From: Bacteroidota bacterium
GTDB taxonomy: Bacteria > Bacteroidota > Ignavibacteria > Kapaibacteriales > UBA961
Length of the DNA stretch: 64,000 bases
Direction: 5' to 3'
Assembly: GCA_018266765.1 (NCBI GenBank)
Contig: JAFDZU010000010.1
Location: 4,916 to 68,915 of the forward strand
The notes under the pieces are model-generated. The model ran no database searches. It worked only from the letters and a program-made list of their open reading frames with translations, and was not told the origin of the DNA. Position 1 is the first letter of the stretch. Each line of letters starts with the position of its first letter. A program made the translations under genes and the position numbers. This document shows, one piece after another, positions 29,178-37,599 of the stretch.

Positions 29178-30251
29178 ATGAAAAGAATAATACGGAGTTT
29201 ATTGACTGTTTCTATTGGAATCTTGTTGACGACAACTGTGCTTTTTGCAGTAGATACACAGTCCGAGGGGTCTTCAGCAGGAGATTTCCGAAAAGTTGGT
29301 GCTGCAGGGTCTCAATTTCTTAAAATAGGGGTAGGAGCAAGAGCATCCGGAATGGCTGGTGCTTATGGAAGTGTTGGAAATGATATTTCGTCACTATATT
29401 GGAATGCTGCAGGAATAGCAGATATAAAAGATATTGCAGGTAGTTTTTCTTACACTTCATGGTTTGCAGGTTTTTCTCATAATTTTGTTGGAGGTTGCAT
29501 ACCTTTAAGTGATAAATACAGAGCCGCATTTAGTATTACTTCATTTACCAGTGATCAAATTCCGATCACAACTATAGAAAAAGATCAGGGAACCGGAGCA
29601 AAATATAGTGTATCAGATTTTGCTATTGGTTTATCATTCGGAGGATATATTACAGACCAATTCTCATTTGGAACAACATTGAAATATATCCAAAATGCTT
29701 TCTCAACAGTATCAGCAAGTGGTATTGCTTTTGATGTGGGTACTATTTATAAAACCGGATTTCAAGGTACGAAAATTGGATTTTCTATTCATAATCTTGG
29801 CGGACAACAAAATTATACGGGACAAGACCTTAATCGTACAGGTAAATTAGTACCTGAACAATATGCAAGTCCATCAGACCTACAATTATTAAGTAGTCCT
29901 TATAATTTACCTCTAACTTTCCGTGCAAGTATATCTACAGATGTAATGAGTTTTATTAATGGTGAATCTATTACTCCTTCTGACGCAGACCATAAATGGA
30001 TTGCCTGTGTTGATTTTGAAACACTTTCAGATACTCCAGAACAATTTTCAATTGGTACTGAATATGTGTGGAAAAATTTTATAGCAATTCGTGGAGGGTA
30101 TCGTTTTGGACATGATACTTTTAATGTAGCTGGTGGTGTTGGACTTAAATATATAAGTGGTGGTTTTGACGGTCAAATTGATTATTCAATAAGCCCTGCT
30201 CAGAATCTTGGGTTAGTGAATCGCTTTACACTTTCAGTCAGAGTTCCATAA
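29178..30251 (+). CDS. Outer-membrane beta-barrel protein, PorV/LptO-like (FadL-fold T9SS shuttle family).
   Basis: Signal peptide. N-terminal FRKVGAAGSQFLKIGVGARASGMAGAYGSVGNDISSLYWNAAGIA resembles the PorV hallmark (PFL.I..DARA.GMG..G.A…D.S….WNPA). G/Y/F-rich alternating strands. C-terminal …RFTLSVRVP. The call is from memory of the family. Confidence 0.5.
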   Translation: MKRIIRSLLTVSIGILLTTTVLFAVDTQSEGSSAGDFRKVGAAGSQFLKIGVGARASGMAGAYGSVGNDISSLYWNAAGIADIKDIAGSFSYTSWFAGFSHNFVGGCIPLSDKYRAAFSITSFTSDQIPITTIEKDQGTGAKYSVSDFAIGLSFGGYITDQFSFGTTLKYIQNAFSTVSASGIAFDVGTIYKTGFQGTKIGFSIHNLGGQQNYTGQDLNRTGKLVPEQYASPSDLQLLSSPYNLPLTFRASISTDVMSFINGESITPSDADHKWIACVDFETLSDTPEQFSIGTEYVWKNFIAIRGGYRFGHDTFNVAGGVGLKYISGGFDGQIDYSISPAQNLGLVNRFTLSVRVP

Positions 30252-30300
30252 GTAATTTGATGTTAGTATCGTATTGCATCTAAGAATGCAAATATCTTAT

Positions 30301-30335
30301 AAATTGCCGTTGGATATTTCATTCAACGGCAATTT
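30301..30335 (+). terminator. Rho-independent terminator after the PorV-like gene.
   Basis: Perfect 12-bp inverted repeat AAATTGCCGTTG…CAACGGCAATTT, followed by GTATTTTAAT. Confidence 0.7.
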
Positions 30336-30377
30336 GTATTTTAATCAGTAATTTTTTGAATTATCTAAATATGATTT

Positions 30378-31820
30378 ATGAAACTTCAATTATCGCTTAT
30401 GACTGGGTTGATAGTGTTGTTTACAAACTTATCAACGGAAGCAAAGAACATCCCTTTCACAATTGATGGAGCTCAATTCCAATACGATAATACTCATGAT
30501 TTATGGGAATTTTATTATTCATTTCCAGATACCGCTCTTCGATATATACAAATAACAGATAGCAAAAAATATATTGGTTCATTACATATTACTGTTCAAA
30601 TTAATTCAATATCCTCTGGAATTGTTGAAAAAAAAGAATGGATAGTTGATAATTATTCCGATACAATTATTCGTTCACATAATCGAAATTTAATTGGACA
30701 AAAATCATTTATTCTCTTACCCGGACAATATAGTGTCGACGTTGAAATTAATGATATGAATGATACAGCTTCTCGTGCTAAAACTTCACTGCAGTTGCTT
30801 ATTAAGTCCTTTGTAAAAAATTCAATCGCAATCAGTGATATAGAACTTGCAACACAAATATTATCACAACAATCAAATAACCTTGTAAATTTAAATCCTT
30901 CATTTTTAAAAAATACTTTATTTGTCGTTCCGAATCCTAATCATGAGTTTATTGGTACAGCGCCAGTTCTTTCGGTTTACTCTGAAATTTATAATGCCAA
31001 AATATACGCCAGAGATAGTATTCGTATCGAATATAAAATTATCGATGGCGCAAAACGAGAACAGTTTATTGCGCAATTTTATCGTGTTGTTATTTCTGAT
31101 GGTCAAGTAGAAACAACATCCTTACCATTAGACGGCTTGGCAAGTGGTGTCTATTACCTACAACTTAGTGTACAATCTATCCACAATTCAGTAGATAAAG
31201 CTACAGCATTAAAGAAATTTTATGTCCTTAATCCAGAAATGCCGGTAGAACTTGCCCCGACATTGAGCGAAGATGAATTGTTTCATATCAGTGAGTTTGC
31301 AACACTTTCAGAAGAACGAGTTGAAGAAGAATTTACAAAAGCAAAAGTATTAGCTTCTCAAGCTGAAGTACAATTGTATGAATCTTTATCAGAGAATGTA
31401 GCCAAGCAAAAATTTTTGTATCGTTTTTGGAAAGAACGTGACCCAAAACCAGAAACTCCTGAAAATGAAAAATTGGATGATTTTCGTAAAGCAATCAAAC
31501 ATGCAAATACTTATTATTCAAACATTTTAATTAAAGAAGGTTGGAAAAGCGATCCTGGAAGAGTTCTACTCAAATATGGATTTCCATCACAAATAGACCG
31601 TCATTCTCAGAATAGTGAAACCAAACCATATGAAGAATGGTTTTATAATAATATACAGGGTGGAATATCCTTCCAATTCGTTGATTTAAAAGGATATGGG
31701 AATTATATTCAAGTGAATTCTAATGCAATCGGTGAATCACGAAATGAAAAATGGTTTGAACAATATGTAAAAATGTTTGAATCTAAAACTGATGAAGAAA
31801 TGATATCAACTCCACGGTAA
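30378..31820 (+). CDS. Secreted GWxTD-domain protein.
   Basis: Signal peptide. The C-terminal region IKEGWKSDPGRVLLKYGFPSQIDRH…YEEWFY matches the GWxTD-domain signature seen in Bacteroidota-type genomes. Confidence 0.55.
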   Translation: MKLQLSLMTGLIVLFTNLSTEAKNIPFTIDGAQFQYDNTHDLWEFYYSFPDTALRYIQITDSKKYIGSLHITVQINSISSGIVEKKEWIVDNYSDTIIRSHNRNLIGQKSFILLPGQYSVDVEINDMNDTASRAKTSLQLLIKSFVKNSIAISDIELATQILSQQSNNLVNLNPSFLKNTLFVVPNPNHEFIGTAPVLSVYSEIYNAKIYARDSIRIEYKIIDGAKREQFIAQFYRVVISDGQVETTSLPLDGLASGVYYLQLSVQSIHNSVDKATALKKFYVLNPEMPVELAPTLSEDELFHISEFATLSEERVEEEFTKAKVLASQAEVQLYESLSENVAKQKFLYRFWKERDPKPETPENEKLDDFRKAIKHANTYYSNILIKEGWKSDPGRVLLKYGFPSQIDRHSQNSETKPYEEWFYNNIQGGISFQFVDLKGYGNYIQVNSNAIGESRNEKWFEQYVKMFESKTDEEMISTPR

Positions 31821-31830
31821 GTAGTTATCA

Positions 31831-32709
31831 ATGAAAAAACTTGGCAACTATGCTCTCTCTCTTGTTTTACGTGGTATTGGTGTGATTAGTAGTTTAATTC
31901 CACATCAATTACTACAAAAATTGGGCTGGGTATTAGGTTTTATTTTACGAGTTGTAAGTAAAAAAAGATATAAAATTACTCTAATCAATTTACAATTAGC
32001 ATTCCCGGAAAAAACTACAATATGGCATCAGAAAACTGCTCGTGATTCTTATCGAAATCTCGGGATTGTTCTCGCTGAAATACTTTCTTTCCCACACTTA
32101 AACAATTCAAAATTAGAAAAGCTTATTCGCTTTAAAAATATAGAATTGTTACAAAATGCATATTCTTGTAATAAAGGTTTACTGCTTTTATCGGGACATT
32201 ATGGAAATTGGGAATTACTTGCCTATTCCGCCGGTTTATTATCAAATATTTCAATAAATGTAGTTGCTATTCAACAGCATAATCATTATGCAGATGAATA
32301 CATTACTCGTTTTCGCACTCGACATAATAATGCTGTAATCCCAACTGCTAATGCAGCAAAAAAAATAGTGCAAACTCTTCTAAATCACAAAGCAGTGGCA
32401 ATGCTCGCTGATCAAGCCGCAGATGGTACTAAAGATATTTTTATAGAGTTTTTTGGTCGTCCTGCCGCTACGTATGAAGCACCGGCTGCACTTGCTCTGA
32501 AATTCGGAGTTCCAATAATAATTGGTTTTGCTAAACGAAATGATGATGGTATCTATTATGTTGAATTGGAAGAAATCACCCATGATGATTTAGAATATTC
32601 TAAAGATGGAATTATTGAGCTAACTAAACGTCATGTAAGGGCACTCGAACAAGCAATTCTCGAAAAACCTCATTTATGGGCATGGCAACATAATCGTTGG
32701 AAACAATGA
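31831..32709 (+). CDS. Lipid A biosynthesis (Kdo2-lipid IVA) acyltransferase, LpxL/HtrB family.
   Basis: Lip_A_acyltrans layout with the catalytic HxxxxE motif LLLLSGHYGNWELL, and downstream MLADQAADG…IEFFGRPAAT. Confidence 0.7.
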   Translation: MKKLGNYALSLVLRGIGVISSLIPHQLLQKLGWVLGFILRVVSKKRYKITLINLQLAFPEKTTIWHQKTARDSYRNLGIVLAEILSFPHLNNSKLEKLIRFKNIELLQNAYSCNKGLLLLSGHYGNWELLAYSAGLLSNISINVVAIQQHNHYADEYITRFRTRHNNAVIPTANAAKKIVQTLLNHKAVAMLADQAADGTKDIFIEFFGRPAATYEAPAALALKFGVPIIIGFAKRNDDGIYYVELEEITHDDLEYSKDGIIELTKRHVRALEQAILEKPHLWAWQHNRWKQ

Positions 32710-33746
32710 ACTTTACAGATTTAAAACATATAGCAATTATTCAAACTGCTTTTTTGGGTGATGTTGCTCTTACTCTTCCACTTGCTGACGAAATTAGACG
32801 ACTTAATCCTACGATAGAAATTACATTTGTGACAACACCTACAGCTTTAACACTCGCTGAAAGTTCGCTTTCAATTAATAATGTTTTGACATTCGATAAA
32901 CGAAAATCCCAAAAGGGTTTAAGAGGTATTCTAAGTCTTACTGAAGAGTTACAGTTTCTTGATGTAGATTGTATTATAGCACCGCATCGTTCACTCCGTA
33001 CTTCTTTGCTTACGTATTTTACGCGACCAAAATGTTCAGTAGGATTTTCACGAAATGCCTTGTCTTTTTTATATTCTAAAACTGTAGAATATCCTGCAGA
33101 ACTACACGAAGTAGAAAGAAATATTATGCTTCTAAGTGTTTTTGATGATGTTCAGAATCAAATAAAACAAGAAATAGAACCGCCAAAAATTAAAATAAGT
33201 ATCCATGATTTAGAGATAATTGACCAAAAAATTAGAGAAAACAAACTCCATGCACCAATAATTGCACTTGCTCCCGGATCAGTTTGGGCAACGAAACGCT
33301 GGTGTGAGGAGTATTACATTTTAACTGCACAATCTCTACTTGAAAAAGGATATTCGTGCGTGTTTATCGGGGGAAATGAAGATCGTTATTTATGTAGCCG
33401 TTTAGCTTTAGCTTCGGGAGCCGTTTCAATCGCTGGTGAAACATCTATTGTACAATCAATCGCTCTGCTTTCAAAATGCTCTGCTTTACTTACAAACGAT
33501 TCAGCCCCAACCCATTTGGCTTGGATAGCAGGTTGCCCGACTGCTACTATATTTGGTGCAACTTCTCCTAAATTTGGATTTGCACCACGTGGAGATTCAA
33601 GCGTCGTTCTTCAAAACGATACTCTTGGCTGTCGCCCTTGTGCTATCCATGGCGGAAATCGCTGTCCGCTTGGTACTCTTGAATGTATGAAATCGGTTAG
33701 ACCGGAACGTGTTTCACTTACAATCGAGAGCATTGTAGCAAAGTAG
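32706..33746 (+). CDS. ADP-heptose:LPS heptosyltransferase (glycosyltransferase family 9).
   Basis: The ORF-track start at 32697 is TTG. ATG 32706 overlaps the lpxL-family stop as ATGA. N-terminus MNFTDLKHIAIIQTAFLGDVALTLPL is the classic GT9 start (…IRLSALGDV…). C-terminal GxxSAPTHLAWIAG. Confidence 0.7.
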   Translation: MNFTDLKHIAIIQTAFLGDVALTLPLADEIRRLNPTIEITFVTTPTALTLAESSLSINNVLTFDKRKSQKGLRGILSLTEELQFLDVDCIIAPHRSLRTSLLTYFTRPKCSVGFSRNALSFLYSKTVEYPAELHEVERNIMLLSVFDDVQNQIKQEIEPPKIKISIHDLEIIDQKIRENKLHAPIIALAPGSVWATKRWCEEYYILTAQSLLEKGYSCVFIGGNEDRYLCSRLALASGAVSIAGETSIVQSIALLSKCSALLTNDSAPTHLAWIAGCPTATIFGATSPKFGFAPRGDSSVVLQNDTLGCRPCAIHGGNRCPLGTLECMKSVRPERVSLTIESIVAK

Positions 33747-33838
33747 TTTCCTGAAAAAGCAACTATAAAACGCTGAAAATTTTGTAATTTGCTATATGAA
33801 AATATATAATCACGACAAATTATTCTTGTAATATCTCA

Positions 33839-34612
33839 ATGAAAAACGTTCCTAAATTATCTCCCAATAGAAAAAATAACTCAAAATCTGAGAAAGAACA
33901 AGGTGTACGTATCAATAAATATCTGGCTGATGCTGGGATTTGCTCTCGCCGTGCGGCTGAAGACCTTGTACGTCAAGGTGTTGTTAAAATTAATAAAGAG
34001 GTTGTCTCAGACCTTGGGAGACGAGTACTTACAAGTGACTTTGTTACGGTAAGAGGTGAACCTGTAACAATTTACAAAAATTTAATATATATCTTACTCA
34101 ATAAACCAAAAGACTATATTACAACAACAAGCGATGAAAAGGGTCGTAAAACAGTCATGGATATTGTTCGGAAGCGTGACCGAATATTTCCGGTCGGACG
34201 ACTCGACCGCAATACAACAGGAGCGTTACTACTTACCAATGACGGTGACCTTGCTTACCGACTGACTCACCCAAGTTTTGAAGTTCCAAGGGTCTATAAT
34301 GTCGTTTTAGACAAAAAAATTGAACTTGATGATGCTCGAAAAATTAGCGAAGGAATAGAACTTGAAGACGGAGTAACTTCGCCGTGTGAAGTATTAGTAC
34401 AACCTACAGATCGCTCGCATATTACTCTCGAATTACACGAAGGGCGCAACCGCGAAGTTCGTCGAATATTCGAATCATTAGGATATGAAGTAAAACGACT
34501 TGACCGCAAGAGTTTTGCAACACTTTCAACACGTGGATTGGCTCGTGGAGAATATAGACATTTGACACGAGGGGAAATTTTACAATTAAGATTGTCAATC
34601 GGTTTGGAGTAA
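33839..34612 (+). CDS. rRNA pseudouridine synthase, RsuA/RluB family, with an S4 domain.
   Basis: S4 motif RINKYLADAGICSRRAAEDLVRQGVVKIN. Catalytic motif FPVGRLDRNTTGALLLTNDG. Basic N-terminal tail. Confidence 0.8.
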   Translation: MKNVPKLSPNRKNNSKSEKEQGVRINKYLADAGICSRRAAEDLVRQGVVKINKEVVSDLGRRVLTSDFVTVRGEPVTIYKNLIYILLNKPKDYITTTSDEKGRKTVMDIVRKRDRIFPVGRLDRNTTGALLLTNDGDLAYRLTHPSFEVPRVYNVVLDKKIELDDARKISEGIELEDGVTSPCEVLVQPTDRSHITLELHEGRNREVRRIFESLGYEVKRLDRKSFATLSTRGLARGEYRHLTRGEILQLRLSIGLE

Positions 34613-34670
34613 TGGTATTGTTAAGTAATTACAATAATTAGAATTATAAAATTAGTTAATTGGAGCAACC

Positions 34671-35147
34671 ATGAAAATACTTTTCTCATTCATTTTCGTT
34701 TTTTTGTCGTTTTCGATAAATGTTAGTGCACAAGACAATCCACCTAAAGCAAATGCTCCGAGCGAAAATTTACCAAGTACAAGTGCACTTCCAAAAGAAA
34801 TTGTTAGTATGAGCACAGAATTTTTTAAGCTGATGATGGTTGGAAATACAGGAGAAGCATTTAAAAAATTACTTCAAAATAGCCCTATCGGTGATAAACC
34901 CGAGCAAATTAAACACCTTACCGACCAAGCAAAACGCGCAGAAGATATTTACGGCATAATGAAAGGATTTGAAAGGGTTGGCTCTGAATCCGTTGCTGAA
35001 TCTTATTTCCGTTTGCGTTATTTAGCATTACACGACAAATACCCAATGCGTTGGATTTTCACATTCTATAAATCTCCAATTAAAGGTTGGATAGCAGTGA
35101 ATGTGAAATTCGATGATGATTCTGAATATTTTTTCTCAAAAGAATAA
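34671..35147 (+). CDS. Small secreted hypothetical protein.
   Basis: Signal peptide MKILFSFIFVFLSFSINVSAQ; no recognisable domain. Confidence 0.45.
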   Translation: MKILFSFIFVFLSFSINVSAQDNPPKANAPSENLPSTSALPKEIVSMSTEFFKLMMVGNTGEAFKKLLQNSPIGDKPEQIKHLTDQAKRAEDIYGIMKGFERVGSESVAESYFRLRYLALHDKYPMRWIFTFYKSPIKGWIAVNVKFDDDSEYFFSKE

Positions 35148-35206
35148 AAAGACTTTATAATATCGTATTATTAAATAGAATATTATTATTAAATAAGGAG
35201 TTTACT

Positions 35207-35932
35207 ATGAAAACGGATAGACGTTCATTTTTAAGTACAGCAAGCATAGCAACAGCCGCATTTGCTGCTTCTTCACTTTCTGCTAAAGCAGTTCCGATTG
35301 ATGAAAAAGAACCAATGGGAAAACTCACCAAACACGAACTTCCTACATTACCATATAGTTATAATGCTTTAGAGCCGTTTATTGATGCGACCACAATGGA
35401 GATTCATCACTCCAAACATCATAAAGGTTATGTGGATGGACTTAATAAAGCTGAAATGGAACTAGCCAAAGCACGAGCTACCGGAGATTATTCGATGATT
35501 CAACATTGGTCAAAACAATCTGCTTTTCATGGTGGAGGGCATTTTCTTCATTCGCTTTTTTGGAGAATTATGGCTCCAAACGGTAAAGGTGGAGGAGGCG
35601 AACCTCAAGGAATATTGGCTGATAAAATCAAAGAAGATTTCGGAAGTTTCGATGCCTTTAAAAAACAATTTAGTTCTGCGGCAAGTTCAGTAGAAGGAAG
35701 TGGTTGGGGTTTGCTTCATTATCGCAAATCAGATAATCGTCTTATCATCGGACAAGCTGAAAATCAACACAAGCTATCGTCATGGGGAACAACACCAATT
35801 TTGGGAATTGATGTGTGGGAACACGCATATTATTTGAAATATCAGAATAAACGTGGAGATTATGTAGCCGCTTGGTGGAATGTTGTTAATTGGGGTGAAG
35901 TTGGGAAAAATCTTGAGATGATGATGAAGTAA
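35207..35932 (+). CDS. sod: Fe/Mn-family superoxide dismutase with a twin-arginine (Tat) signal peptide.
   Basis: TDRRSFLSTASIATAAFAAS Tat motif. Metal ligands in EIHHSKHHKGYV and GIDVWEHAYYL. Confidence 0.9.
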   Translation: MKTDRRSFLSTASIATAAFAASSLSAKAVPIDEKEPMGKLTKHELPTLPYSYNALEPFIDATTMEIHHSKHHKGYVDGLNKAEMELAKARATGDYSMIQHWSKQSAFHGGGHFLHSLFWRIMAPNGKGGGGEPQGILADKIKEDFGSFDAFKKQFSSAASSVEGSGWGLLHYRKSDNRLIIGQAENQHKLSSWGTTPILGIDVWEHAYYLKYQNKRGDYVAAWWNVVNWGEVGKNLEMMMK

Positions 35933-35995
35933 GATAGGAGGTGAAAATTATTCATAAATAATCTGAAATTCTAAAAAATATCTAATTTTAACTTT

Positions 35996-37438
35996 ATGTC
36001 GTCTCCTGAATTTAAACGTGATTTAAAGCTAATAGATGCCACTATGATTGTCGTTGGTTCGATGATTGGAAGTGGCATTTTTATTGTAAGTGCAGATATT
36101 GCTCGAAGTGTGGGTGGTGGTGGAATGCTACTGCTTGTCTGGGCAATAACGGGAATAGTAACGCTCATAGCCGCGCTTAGTTATGGTGAACTTGCCGGAA
36201 TGATGCCAAAAGCAGGCGGGCAGTATGTGTATCTACGCGAGGCATATAATCCGTTTGTGGGTTTTCTGTATGGCTGGACACTTTTTACAGTGATTCAAAC
36301 GGGAACAATTGCTGCAGTCGGAGTTGCTTTTGCAAAATATACAGGGATATTATTACCTGTTTTTAGTGAGAAAAATATATTGTTTACTATTGCAAGTTTA
36401 CCAATCTCTGCCGCACAACTTCTTTCAATTGTGAGTATTGCATTTCTGACGTGGTTGAATATTCGCGGAGTTCATGCGGGTAAAATTGTCCAAAATATCT
36501 TTACTTCAACAAAAGTAATTGCACTTATTGGATTGATATTACTTGGTATTTTTCTTGGTGCTAATGCAACTGCTTGGAATGCAAATTTCAGTGATTTTTG
36601 GTCGGTTGACTTAAGTAAATGGGATAGTATAGCACTTATCCCCACGGGTACTCCACTTACGTATGCACTCATAGCAGCAATCGGAACAGCAATGGTCGGC
36701 TCACTGTTTTCGAGTGATGCGTGGAATAATATTACATTCACTGCCGGTGAAGTGGTCAATCCAAAACGAACAATTCCTATGAGTTTAGCTCTTGGAACAG
36801 GAATAGTCACACTTCTCTATATTTTAGCAAATCTTGCCTATTTATTTGTTTTACCGGTAGTTGGAGATGCCGCTTCTTCTGATGTAATTGGACGAGGAAT
36901 TCAATTTGCTTCTACTGAAAGAGTGGGTGCAGCTGCAGCAGAAGTAATTTTCGGTGGCAAAGGTGCAATAATTATGGCTTCGCTTATTATGGTTTCAACA
37001 TTTGGCTGTAATAATGGACTGATATTATCGGGTGCAAGAGTATATTATGCTATGGCAAAAGACGGGCTTTTCTTCAAAAAAGCAGGTGAACTCAACGGAA
37101 ACAGCGTTCCTGCCGCCGCACTTGTCGTACAAGGAATCTGGGCTTCCGGGCTATGTTTATCGGGCAAATATGGAGCATTATTAGATTATGTTGTAACGGC
37201 AGTCTTGATATTTTATATTCTTACAATTGCCGGAATTTTCATTTTACGCCGTAAACAACCGAATGCAGAACGTCCTTATAAAGCATTTGGTTATCCATAT
37301 TTACCCGCTCTTTATATTCTGATTGCGACCGCAATTATTCTTGATTTAATAGTATTAAAATGGGATACAACAAAATGGGGATTAGCAATTATCCTTACAG
37401 GGATTCCCGTGTATTTTGTGTGGAATAGAAAGAGTTAA
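35996..37438 (+). CDS. APC-superfamily amino-acid permease.
   Basis: 12 predicted TM segments. N-terminal DATMIVVGSMIGSGIFIV…ALSYGELAGMMPKAGGQYVYL is typical of amino-acid/polyamine/organocation transporters. Confidence 0.8.
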   Translation: MSSPEFKRDLKLIDATMIVVGSMIGSGIFIVSADIARSVGGGGMLLLVWAITGIVTLIAALSYGELAGMMPKAGGQYVYLREAYNPFVGFLYGWTLFTVIQTGTIAAVGVAFAKYTGILLPVFSEKNILFTIASLPISAAQLLSIVSIAFLTWLNIRGVHAGKIVQNIFTSTKVIALIGLILLGIFLGANATAWNANFSDFWSVDLSKWDSIALIPTGTPLTYALIAAIGTAMVGSLFSSDAWNNITFTAGEVVNPKRTIPMSLALGTGIVTLLYILANLAYLFVLPVVGDAASSDVIGRGIQFASTERVGAAAAEVIFGGKGAIIMASLIMVSTFGCNNGLILSGARVYYAMAKDGLFFKKAGELNGNSVPAAALVVQGIWASGLCLSGKYGALLDYVVTAVLIFYILTIAGIFILRRKQPNAERPYKAFGYPYLPALYILIATAIILDLIVLKWDTTKWGLAIILTGIPVYFVWNRKS

Positions 37439-37599
37439 GAATTTAGTTTGTTATGTAAAGAGTAATTGAAATTCATGCTTAAGCAAATTGAAATTCAATA
37501 GATTAATTTTATTCAAGCCGCTCTACTTCTACAACTTTATGTAATTTTGCAATCAATGATAATTTTAAAACTCTCATTTTCTCAAGAAGGAGAAATCTT

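Noticed and set aside
36472-36810. 112-aa minus-strand ORF.
   Set aside because: It is antisense inside the APC permease gene, with no start context.
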